Origin: Bacteroidota bacterium
GTDB lineage: Bacteria > Bacteroidota > Bacteroidia > Bacteroidales > CAIXZF01
Assembly: GCA_026391855.1 (NCBI GenBank)
Contig: JAPLDE010000028.1
Span: 297 to 64,296, forward strand
DNA: 64,000 nucleotides
Direction: 5' to 3'
Below the pieces are notes generated by a model. That model saw nothing but the letters and a program-made list of their open reading frames with translations. It was not told the DNA's origin and did not search any database. Positions 47,901 to 56,494 of this stretch are shown here, in pieces (position 1 is the first letter of the stretch; each line of letters starts with the position of its first letter). Both the position numbers and the translations under genes were made by a program.

Positions 47901-48003
47901 CCGTGTAGGACCTTGAATAATACCGCTGACTGCTGACACATAACGGAAGCAGTAAGATAAAAAGTAACCCAATGGCTTTATTGTGAAGCCTGTCAGCGAT
48001 CAT
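44905..48003 (-). CDS. Sensor histidine kinase with periplasmic beta-propeller (Reg_prop) and Y_Y_Y domains
   Basis: Repeated GL.S..V..I..D..G.LWFGT, YKYNLEG (Y_Y_Y), TM, IIAHDLKSPF, NLLSNALKFT, DSGKG, GTGLGL. No REC or AraC domain. Confidence 0.93.
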   Translation of the reverse strand: MIADRLHNKAIGLLFILLLPLCVSSQRYYSRSYTELDGLSSSKVFSITQDSSGLIWFATRSGISSYDGLIFTNYNINNGLTNLSYSFILTDEKSRLWGLPSEGLLKPSLFKDKHWVSDIAPYPVNQSYVYSAFEVFYKENKLNIVCGTQEDGMFLYQNGKWDHLTTRNGLPSNNIYSIKRYEGALFIATEKGLIIYNNGIFSFFPSPFLENHKILALAVEPAVSPSKKSKLWILTENLAGYIQDSKLKVTLTDVHFPEIDPGWDCFIFPVHSVGLYYGSPFYIIHYSIPDKKKVLLDHSSGLVADGATEIFIDRETNTWISGFRGVTKISSKRFSNFTSTNGLFDDEVASGIEWSPGKYAFGHFGAISILEKGKFSSLILIPSQEKRKNNYRILDLCKDREGNLWAAVPSEGLAKIRKNKKITWYHEKEGIKKNTNSVICTSNGVIYAATYLDLMVFRKGQFAPVTLSKKPVNASIRKLFAGKDNSIYVATLSSGLIELKDGRETVYMSDDNKLANNLFSFCIDSHHRKWVGTAAGLFMAVKGKLIKPEIAQLLFYKPVYLILEDYKGNLWFGTDNGLYCWNGKDLNHYTVKNGLSGQEINRSAGFSDSKHQLWFGTNNGLTLYQPEFEYDLRDIPPPVVELLYVKAGRDSLNPNLKKVLAHDHNYLEFNIRITSLIDESEVYYKYNLEGIDQAWSDEQHYFSGKIVFSNLKPGTYRFCLMARNAIGVWSNPVCSASFTVLPPFWFRWWFLISVFILVLFVILITLRSVLVSRYNTRLENTVAERTRELKESELKLTQSNAAKDKFFSIIAHDLKSPFNALLGMLDILTTEPHKFTDSERKTVLLELKKSAIRTFSLLENLLTWSRAQKGIIPFSPKNIDIISLIQDTIALSAMSASNKHISITHQWDGPLEVLADADMIQTVLRNLLSNALKFTGNGGNVSISAFKQNGRALVSMQDSGKGIPPQMIDRLFKIDDLIITKGTENETGTGLGLILCKDFIERNHGSIWVESEPGKGSTFYFTLPLTTSYSVS

Positions 48004-48234
48004 AGGAAAAATACCAGTCTGTTTATTTACCGGATAATACCCCCACCGGTAAACGTTATAAAAATAATGGTATTTTTTTACATCGTATAAACAAACTTTT
48101 AGAAAGTGAAATTTCTATGTGTAATAATTAGATAACTATTTGTCACAAAGCAGAATACAAGAAAAATTTTAGGCAATGAAAGTTCTCACGCTTTCCTCGG
48201 AGGGCAGAAAAAGTTAACCCGGGAATAACCTGTT

Positions 48235-48642
48235 TTAAGAAGGTTGATTGTTGCGTTGGGTCAAACAGGTGTCAATTTTTGACAGCAGTTCTTCTCTTCT
48301 GATGGGTTTTGAAAGATAATCATTACAGCCCGCCTCCAGGGCAAATTTTCGATCGGCTGGCAGGGCATAAGCTGTTTGCGCGATAATAATGACCCTGGGA
48401 TCGATCTTTTTTATGATCCTGGTAGCTTCATAGCCATTCATTACCGGCATCTTAATATCCATGAGAATGATGTCGATGTCAGGGTTTGCCATGAAAGTGT
48501 CTATGGTCTCTTTCCCGTTTTCCGCATTGGATATAAGGGCCCCGGTATCTTCTAGGTATATTTTTAAAAGTTCGAAGTTAAGTTGCTCATCTTCAGCAAT
48601 CAGGATCTTACATCCCGCCAGGTTAAATCTTTCATCAATCAC
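48235..48642 (-). CDS. Single-domain response regulator (CheY-like REC)
   Basis: ILIAEDE, ILMDIKMPVMNG, AQTA, YLSKP. Confidence 0.92.
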   Translation of the reverse strand: MIDERFNLAGCKILIAEDEQLNFELLKIYLEDTGALISNAENGKETIDTFMANPDIDIILMDIKMPVMNGYEATRIIKKIDPRVIIIAQTAYALPADRKFALEAGCNDYLSKPIRREELLSKIDTCLTQRNNQPS

Positions 48643-48842
48643 TTAATGGGCATTTTTAATGTTAGTAATGTTTGATGGGAACGAAATGGTGACTTTTTTC
48701 CGGTACAAAATTAGGTGAGATTTCAGTCCGCTTTACTTATTTTATTTTATTACCCAACCTTTTCCGGATTTTTCCGTCATGTAGTTGACAATATATTGAC
48801 TTACCGGGAAGTTCCGGCAGGCTGACCAGAGTTGTAATACTG

Positions 48843-49487
48843 ATGAAGTTAATGAATCCAGATGGTAACACAACCAGTCATTCTGACTGTTTTATCATAC
48901 CTTTGTCAGGAGGTGTAAGCACGAAACCTATGTCAGCACTGGTCAGTCCCGATATTATCAATCTTTGCCGAAAGAATGACCGAAAGGCCCAACGCCAGGT
49001 GTATGAAAAATTATTTGCTTCATCGATGCGGGTATGTAAACGATACTGTAACGGTACGGAGGAAGCCATGGAAGTCCTGAATACAGCCTTTTTAAAGGTC
49101 TTTACCCAGCTTGACAAATACGGAGGCAAAGGCAGTTTTGAAGGATGGGTACACAGGATCATGGTGAATACTTCGCTGGACCATCTCAGGGAGGAGAAAA
49201 AGCATCATTCTCATTTTATTTATCCGGAAAAGATGGATGATGTGCCGGATGAGGAAACGGATGAATTGGAATACAATGATATCGAACTTGACTCGCTCTA
49301 CCGGATGATAGGAGAACTGCCACCGGTGAGCCGTCTGGTATTTAATTTATATGTCTTTGAAAATTTCTCGCATACCGAAATCGGCCGGGAACTTGGAATA
49401 TCAGTTGGTACATCCAAATGGCACCTGTCGTTTGCCCGAAAATTTCTTAGGGAAAAAGTGAAAGCTGTTTATCAAAAAGCTCAATAA
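48843..49487 (+). CDS. ECF RNA polymerase sigma-70 factor
   Basis: AFLKVF...GSFEGWVHRIMVNTSLD (region 2); LPPVSRLVFNLY..E.FSH.EI...LGISVGTSKWHL (region 4). Confidence 0.93.
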   Translation: MKLMNPDGNTTSHSDCFIIPLSGGVSTKPMSALVSPDIINLCRKNDRKAQRQVYEKLFASSMRVCKRYCNGTEEAMEVLNTAFLKVFTQLDKYGGKGSFEGWVHRIMVNTSLDHLREEKKHHSHFIYPEKMDDVPDEETDELEYNDIELDSLYRMIGELPPVSRLVFNLYVFENFSHTEIGRELGISVGTSKWHLSFARKFLREKVKAVYQKAQ

Positions 49488-49495
49488 TCTTCACA

Positions 49496-51016
49496 ATGGA
49501 AGAGAAAAATAATATGGACAAAATGTTTAAAGACCGGTTAGGGAAGGATAACCCGGCCTTTAAAGATGAGTACTGGCAAGGTTTTGAGAAGATGCTCGAA
49601 GCCGCAGCCCCAGTCAGTACCGCCGGGTCTTCTTCGGGATTTGGGAAAGCCCTGCATTTGATGACAACGACAAAGGGAATCATTTCCATTGTTACATTCG
49701 TTACCTTATCCACAGCCACATATTTTTATTCCAAATCGCTAAAGGACAACCAAATAACTCAAAAAGTTGAATCCATTCAGGCTCCGCTTTCCTTCAGCAC
49801 TCATCCTGATGATACCATCGTCGTTTTTTCAACCCCGACTGGTGTTTCCAACCCATTCTCCCTTTCTTCATCCACCACTGCGGTCAATGTCGCAAGTCAG
49901 CCGGGTTCAATCCAGACAGCTAACCAGGCTTTATCGGAAAAACAAACCGTAACGCCTTCAAAACAAATAAGCAACTCAATAGTTTCCTCTGTTGCCACCC
50001 CTCAAAACAAAAAAGAGATCCGGTCCCGGTCATCTAATGAAAAAGCCCTGATACCTGGCAGGAACGGGGTTGCCATTGTGGCTGAAGGTTCTCCGGATGA
50101 GGTGATAGCGTTAAAAGAGAAATTTTCCGGGACAAGGACAGATACAAAGCAACCCGTAGAAAAGGGTATGGTGAATGACTTGACAGGAAGTATACCCGGA
50201 AGAACATTACCACAAGACTCAAGCCTGTTTCAGTACACTGATAACCAGAAACCTGACGCACAGAAGGAAGAGTTTCCGACAGGGAATCAACCGATTGTTA
50301 GAAAGGACGATTCACCCCCACTCATCCCGGCGGCTATCCCGGCTGACCTGCCAACGGCCCAATCAGGAGCAATACCTGGATTAACATCAGGCATTTTTGC
50401 CGAAAACAAGCTTTTCAAGCTTTTTCTGGCTGCCGGAGCCACTTCTTACACCCCATTTGGAAATACCTCCGGGTTTTCAGGCACCGGTCGGGTGGGTTTT
50501 CAATTTGGGGCCGGAACCTGGTATGAAATCACCAAAGAAATATCCGTACTGGCAGAAACAGATTACCTGCGAACCAGCGGACATCAGCTCTCAGCTTCGA
50601 GTGAATCAACGGATTACTTATTTACCAAGTGGGTAGGCCGCGTCACTGTTGAGAACCGTGAGATCAATCTGCTGCATGTCCCGGTGTTACTGCGTTACAG
50701 GTATAAATTCCATATGTTTAGTGCCGGATTATCATTGCAGTATATCCTTTCCTGCACAGGAGAAAAAACAACGGTCGATTCTGTCAGGTATCAATACAAG
50801 TATAACCACGAAAAGGCAGATAATTACATCGGTGGGTTTAACCGACTCACAGCGGGCCTGACGGCAGAATATTCCTGTTTCGTTTTCAGGCAGAATGCTA
50901 TCCTTTTACGATACACCTATTACCTGAATGATATGTTGAAGAAGCAATACTATGAAGGAATCAAAAGCCCAAAACCCGGCTATCTCTTCATCGGGTTACG
51001 CTGCAGGATCTTTTAA
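49496..51016 (+). CDS. Putative anti-sigma protein: N-terminal cytoplasmic segment, TM helix, S/T/P-rich linker, C-terminal PorT-like outer-membrane barrel
   Basis: MDKMFKDRL...YWQGFEKML, hydrophobic IISIVTFVTL, linker, then strands with LHVPVLLRY ending GLRCRIF. Starts 8 bp after the ECF gene. Confidence 0.65.
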   Translation: MEEKNNMDKMFKDRLGKDNPAFKDEYWQGFEKMLEAAAPVSTAGSSSGFGKALHLMTTTKGIISIVTFVTLSTATYFYSKSLKDNQITQKVESIQAPLSFSTHPDDTIVVFSTPTGVSNPFSLSSSTTAVNVASQPGSIQTANQALSEKQTVTPSKQISNSIVSSVATPQNKKEIRSRSSNEKALIPGRNGVAIVAEGSPDEVIALKEKFSGTRTDTKQPVEKGMVNDLTGSIPGRTLPQDSSLFQYTDNQKPDAQKEEFPTGNQPIVRKDDSPPLIPAAIPADLPTAQSGAIPGLTSGIFAENKLFKLFLAAGATSYTPFGNTSGFSGTGRVGFQFGAGTWYEITKEISVLAETDYLRTSGHQLSASSESTDYLFTKWVGRVTVENREINLLHVPVLLRYRYKFHMFSAGLSLQYILSCTGEKTTVDSVRYQYKYNHEKADNYIGGFNRLTAGLTAEYSCFVFRQNAILLRYTYYLNDMLKKQYYEGIKSPKPGYLFIGLRCRIF

Positions 51017-51128
51017 TTGATAAACGGTCATGTATGGCAGAAACACGGAGTACAAATTAAACAGAAATGTTTTGTATAGTAGTGGGTCATGGCATGACCC
51101 AACTGAGTAATAATTTAATCACCTGAAA

Positions 51129-51776
51129 ATGAAAAGGATAGTTAAAAATATTAGCAGATTGATTTGTGGTGCCGGCTTGCTGGCTCTGGTGGTTTCCTGT
51201 GAAAAGAAAGAAATGGACCCTTCATCCCCGGGAAGTCCCGTTCTTTATATTCGCGGCAATTTTAAAGACACAGACCTGCAATGGACCATTGGTAACACTA
51301 GTGTAGCCGGAACTACCTTTATCGGATTGCAGGCTGATTCTCTGGTGCGGCATTTCATATTCACAGCCGGTGATACAGTCAAACCCTTGTTCCCACGGAT
51401 TTCCTTCGATTTTATTAATTACAGCAATACTAGCGGAAATATAAGTGCTGATCTTGACAATACCTTTACGAAAGGGGTTAAATCAATGACTTCCAGGTAT
51501 TTTAATCCTGCCAATCCTTATCAGTTAAACACGGTTACTGTTGAGATTGCAGATAATTCGGAGTATTACTCAACACAAACCTTCGTAAACACACCCGTTT
51601 CAGATTCAAATTTTGTAAGGGTAGATAGTGTGAAGGACCTCACCTGGAAGGATGGAATCCCCTATAAGATCATTTATCTCAGTTTTGAGTGCAAGCTGGA
51701 ACATGACAATCCGGCAGATTCACTCCTTTTTAATCTCAAAAATGGGAAAGCAGTCATTGCCTTTCCAAGACAATAA
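51129..51776 (+). CDS. Hypothetical surface lipoprotein
   Basis: VVSC lipobox followed by EKKE (K/E-rich export-signal-like). Confidence 0.7.
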   Translation: MKRIVKNISRLICGAGLLALVVSCEKKEMDPSSPGSPVLYIRGNFKDTDLQWTIGNTSVAGTTFIGLQADSLVRHFIFTAGDTVKPLFPRISFDFINYSNTSGNISADLDNTFTKGVKSMTSRYFNPANPYQLNTVTVEIADNSEYYSTQTFVNTPVSDSNFVRVDSVKDLTWKDGIPYKIIYLSFECKLEHDNPADSLLFNLKNGKAVIAFPRQ

Positions 51777-51935
51777 AAAAACGCTTTTCATCCTTAAACA
51801 AAGGGAATCTCCAATCCCGGATTCATTCATATGGGTTCTATATGATACATTTTTTTACCACAGTAGACACATTGACCACATAGAAAATGTTCAGTATTAG
51901 GTGATGTCATTTGCGTATCGCACTCATAGTGCATA

Positions 51936-53846
51936 TCAATCCATTAAGCACCGGACCGACTGACCAAAAGTCTTGACATTCTGGTTAGAATAAAAGAAAC
52001 CTGTCGCGTAATTATCTAAATAGCGACATCCTGGAAAATTTGTACCGTTGTCAGAAGAGCTCCAGAAATATGTATAACCCTGAAGACTCACGAACCCGTA
52101 AGAATAACTGCTATATTTCCATAAAAAGCCAGCACCAAGAGCTGTGAACCCGCTTTCGTTCGTTGCCCAATTATTGGGTGAAGACCAATGATCAAATCCA
52201 GCTTCTTTTAATTTTTCACCAGCTATTGTATCACTGCCCAAAAAGCTGGAAAGAACATCCCATTCGGAATCAGTCGGAATATGGTATCCACCCGGACAGA
52301 TACCCTGAGCACCGGGTACTGTAGAATATTGCATCATCTCATCCCATTGATAAAGCCCACCATAGACAGCACAATTATACTCATCATTATCATAACAATA
52401 TTTTTCAATGGTAGAATTATTGGTTGGGTCGTCCGATCCATTGATCAGCGTTCCAATATTCAGATTTTCTTTCATCCAGCATTGGTTCCCGATTTGCACG
52501 GTATTATAAACCTGGTTCCCATAAGAAATCCAGGCGCTCCACAAGTCCAGGCCGGACCAGTATTTACTGTTACTTCATCAAAACTGGTATCGCATATAGT
52601 GCTGATCGACCACCTTAGAATATATATTGTATTGGGAACCCCTTGAAAAAGTGTATTACAATATGTTGAATCAACAAATATACCTCCGGAACCATTTACG
52701 ATAGTCCATGTACCTGAACAATATTCTCCCGGAGGATTAGCTTGTAAAATACTCGTACAAAACGGAACTGTTATATCCTGTCCAGCATCTGCTATTGTCA
52801 CGGTTGTTGGACAGAAATTGATGACTACATCATCAAAGCTGGTATCACAATCATTCCAGGTCGTCCAACGTAATGTATAGGATTCACCTAAAGAGCCATG
52901 AAAAAAAGCATTCGGATCATTCTGATCCCACCAATTCCAATTATTTCCATTGATACCACTCCATTTTCCATAATTTCCCGTAGGAGGAGTATTGCCAGCC
53001 AGGTAAGTGTTGTTATTATAGATATATTGGTCAGGACCCGCATTAGCCGGACTCAACCGATTAAAAATAATATGTAGCTCATCTGTTAAAGAAGTACAGG
53101 AATTAGCAATCTGCCAGGAGAGAGTATATAGTTGATGAAGATTACCAGTAAAAGTTGACTGTGGGTCGTGGATGTTTGAAAAGGATCCACCTATTCCATT
53201 ACTTACACTCCATAATCCAGTTCCGATAACAGGATTATTCGCAGATAATTGTATTACGCTATCCACACAGTCTGCTAAATCAGCCCCGGCATTAGGGGCA
53301 GAAGGCTGTGGTACGCAATCACCACATACCTGGTACCAGTTATTGCTATGCCAGATATTCAGGCAATTCGAAGTCAGGTTAAAAATGACCTTCCCATTAG
53401 AAGGGTTGACAATGCTATCTCTCTGAGAATCAGTCAAATGCAGCATTCCCGCCGAATTGGCATATAGGGCATAAGGAACAGATAATAGTTGGGAAATTCC
53501 AAGAAGAGAGAAATTTGTCCCGGCATTTTCATCCGCTTCCACTTTTATGAAGTAATTGCCTTTGCTCCAGTTAATTCCTGTAAAGCTTCCGGATACGGGA
53601 GTTCCATGGCCAATCTCAATGTTCACCAAACCCAAAGAGTTGGTTGTAACTGCATGGGTCTCAGTATAAATGCCAGTGCCTGCCGCACTGTCGCTTAATA
53701 TGCTGATCCTCATGCTTATAGATTGAGCTGCCAATATGTTGCCCCATTGTATTCCGGGAAATGGCCTGGTATTTAATACCTTGCGGTGCCTGGGCATAGG
53801 CACTGATAATAATAATGTTTAAGAAAAGGTAAATGAGTTGTTTCAT
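51936..53846 (-). pseudogene. FISUMP (Fib_succ_major) domain surface protein with SVPYALYA N-terminal domain and Ig/PKD-like repeats; two frameshifts
   Basis: Frame 1 MKQLI...QAPQGIKYQAISRN, then an extra G at 53742-53745. Frame 2 contains QLLSVPYALYA and AGxD repeats, then shifts at ~52531. Frame 3 YNTVQIGNQCWMKENL...GGLYQW...YFWSSS...GQSVRCLMD. Confidence 0.85.
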
Positions 53847-54044
53847 CTTTCTATGATAATTTTTCGAAAGCTTTTACTTTTTATTCACATTCAATTGTTA
53901 ATCAATATAATACAATAAATTTTATCAATTTTAAATAGTTTCTTAACAAAAAGAATAAATAAAGAGATTGTTTATACAAACGGGTTTACCCGGTGGGTAA
54001 AAGGTGAGTTACACGGGATGCATTCCCGGAGTAAAAAGCAACCA

Positions 54045-54081
54045 AATAAAAAAGGGCGCCTCTTTTCAGAGGCACCCTTTT
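54045..54081 (-). terminator. Intrinsic terminator after the PKD/T9SS gene
   Basis: Minus strand AAAAGGGTGCCTCT-GAAA-AGAGGCGCCCTTTTTT. Confidence 0.8.
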
Positions 54082-54102
54082 GAGGTTGAGAAGAGTGTTA
54101 AA

Positions 54103-56373
54103 TTAGCGGACGATCGTCAACTTGCGGACCAGATCGTTTCCGTTCCTGGTTTTCAGAGAAACGAAATACTGTCCGGAAGGCAGGCCTTCAACCGGTATAG
54201 TGATACGATGATTCCCCGAGGAAAGATCATATTGTGTAGTCAGCACCTTTTCACCTACCAGGTTGGAAACGTTGACTTCAACGGAGGATGAACCGTTCAG
54301 GTTAAATTCAAGATAGGCTGCGCTTGAAGCCGGGTTGGGATATAAATTCCTTGCCTGGAGGGTTTCTGTCTTACTTTCATGAATTCCGTTAATTACACCT
54401 GTCGGGGTAATGACTACTGAAATGTTATTCCATGTGGGGTTGGTCCCGGAAAGTGTTACCTGGGCCGGGTTGGTGTTCAAACCGGTCACTTCGGCATACA
54501 CTTTATAGGTCCCCATTCCGAGGCTTTCGAAAGCAAAGAAACCTTGGTTGTCGGAATAGATCATTCCCACCGGTTCATCGTTGCTGTTTATCAGCAATAC
54601 CTCTACATCAGGGGCCGGTGTTCCGTTGGAAAGGATTTTCTGGCCGCCATTGGTCACCTGTCCTGAAATCAGTCCGTTTCCCTGGATAGGTCCCAGGACG
54701 GGAACGAGGTCAATATTATAAGGATTGACGATCTGTGTGGCGTCGATGGGCAGGGCTGATCCCCAGAAGATGGTATTACCGTAATAAGTGGGAATATGAG
54801 ATGTATAATACAGCGAATTGGGGGAAGGTTCAGCCTTCACATAAAAAATACCATAGTCCAGGACTTCAAACAAATACATGCCAATAGAATCAATTTGAAC
54901 GCTGTCGACAACAAACAAAAGGTTTGTAGCGGAGTCCAGTTCATACAGGTAGGCCAACCCACTGTCAAGGAAGGAGTTGTCGGCAGATACTTGTCCAATG
55001 ATATAGCGATCAATTGGATTTCCGAGATAAACATCTGTAGCAGAAGTATAGGTGCATCCGGTGGCATCGGTTGTGGTGAAAATTACAGTATAAACACCCA
55101 GTATACTATATGTATGAACAGGGTCGCTGAGTGTTGAAGTTGTCCCGTCACCAAAGTCCCAGAGATAGGTATAAGGGGCAGTACCTCCGGTGGCGACACC
55201 TGTAAATTCAACAGTCAGACCAATAGCATTGGTGATGAAATAATTGCTGCAAGGCCAGGGCATATCCACCCTCAGTGTGTCGCAGAAAGTACTCTGGCAT
55301 CCAGTGGGGACATCGGAAATGGTGAGGCAAACATTGTAGAAACCGGCTGAGTTATAAGTATGTACCGGATATTGTAGCGCAGAAGTAGTCCCGTCGCCGA
55401 ATTCCCATAACCAACTGGTGGGATTTCCCATAGAAATATCAATAAAACTGAAGGTTAATCCTGGGTTCAATGAATCAGGAATGGCATAAAACATGGCCTG
55501 GCATCCTGTTCCTCCTCCGATAGTGATGCTTTCGCAGTAATTATTGTAGCAGCTGTCAGAGGTAAAGATGGAAAGACAAACCAGGTAAGTTCCCTGCTGG
55601 GCAAAGGTGTGTGAAGGGCTTTGCAGGGTTGAAGTTGTCCCGTCCCCAAAATCCCAGGCCCAGGCGATGGTATTCCCGGAACTCAGGTCATAGAAATCGA
55701 AATCATTGCTGACCCCGTTCTGGACATAACTAAAATAAGCCTGGCAGATCGGGATATTAATTCCGGCATAAACAGGTAGGGTAAAGGTCGACTGACAGGA
55801 ATCGGGTGTTGAGATCGTGAGCGTTACGTTATAAGTACCTGCCTGGGTGTAAGTGTGAAAGGGATTTTGAAGGGTAGACCCGGTCCCGTCACCAAAATCC
55901 CATACCCATTGGTTGGGATTACCCAGTGAGGCATCGATAAACTGCCAGCCTAATGATCCGCCGGCAGGATTGGCAGAATCGGGGTAAGCATAGAATGAAG
56001 CGGCACAACTCGTGGGGAGTAATACACGGCAGATGGAAAAAGTGACATAAATAGGGGCATTGGTGCTGAGACCGGTTTCCTGATGCCAGACCCCGGCGCA
56101 ATCCGAAGTGCCGATGAAAAACAGGATCGGCGTGCCAGCCGGAACAGACGGGTAATCATTAAATTCCCCGTTGACATCCGTGTAAACAATGTTGAAATAG
56201 CCTCCGCCTGCCGGATTACTTGAATCCGACATGATGTAAATTTCCTGGTTTTCGATGGGAATACCAGTACTGAGTTCGGTTACCAAACCACCAATTTGAA
56301 TCGTAACATTCTGACTATTAGCCCAGAAGACGATCATTAGTAGCATGAGACTGCTTAGAAGAAATCGTTTCAT
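54103..56373 (-). CDS. T9SS-secreted protein with four PKD domains and a carboxypeptidase-regulatory-like domain
   Basis: Four WDFGDG/WEFGDG...P.HTY motifs; CTD LYPNPAS...NLVGEKV...GQYFVSL. Confidence 0.9.
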   Translation of the reverse strand: MKRFLLSSLMLLMIVFWANSQNVTIQIGGLVTELSTGIPIENQEIYIMSDSSNPAGGGYFNIVYTDVNGEFNDYPSVPAGTPILFFIGTSDCAGVWHQETGLSTNAPIYVTFSICRVLLPTSCAASFYAYPDSANPAGGSLGWQFIDASLGNPNQWVWDFGDGTGSTLQNPFHTYTQAGTYNVTLTISTPDSCQSTFTLPVYAGINIPICQAYFSYVQNGVSNDFDFYDLSSGNTIAWAWDFGDGTTSTLQSPSHTFAQQGTYLVCLSIFTSDSCYNNYCESITIGGGTGCQAMFYAIPDSLNPGLTFSFIDISMGNPTSWLWEFGDGTTSALQYPVHTYNSAGFYNVCLTISDVPTGCQSTFCDTLRVDMPWPCSNYFITNAIGLTVEFTGVATGGTAPYTYLWDFGDGTTSTLSDPVHTYSILGVYTVIFTTTDATGCTYTSATDVYLGNPIDRYIIGQVSADNSFLDSGLAYLYELDSATNLLFVVDSVQIDSIGMYLFEVLDYGIFYVKAEPSPNSLYYTSHIPTYYGNTIFWGSALPIDATQIVNPYNIDLVPVLGPIQGNGLISGQVTNGGQKILSNGTPAPDVEVLLINSNDEPVGMIYSDNQGFFAFESLGMGTYKVYAEVTGLNTNPAQVTLSGTNPTWNNISVVITPTGVINGIHESKTETLQARNLYPNPASSAAYLEFNLNGSSSVEVNVSNLVGEKVLTTQYDLSSGNHRITIPVEGLPSGQYFVSLKTRNGNDLVRKLTIVR

Positions 56374-56494
56374 AACATGGTTTTTTTAGAGATTAATACT
56401 TTTTTTTAAATCGGGAAAATGTTGCATTCCTGACCTAATGACGGAAGGTTTGCAAAAGGTTGGGTAGAAAAATGACTTTTAAGGATAAAACTGG

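Noticed and set aside
53742-53745. Phase-variable homopolymer switch
   Set aside because: A 4-nt run is too short, and a second frameshift downstream would still break the gene.
51777-53990. Diversity-generating retroelement at the FISUMP gene
   Set aside because: No reverse transcriptase and no template-repeat copy of the 3' end found in the window.
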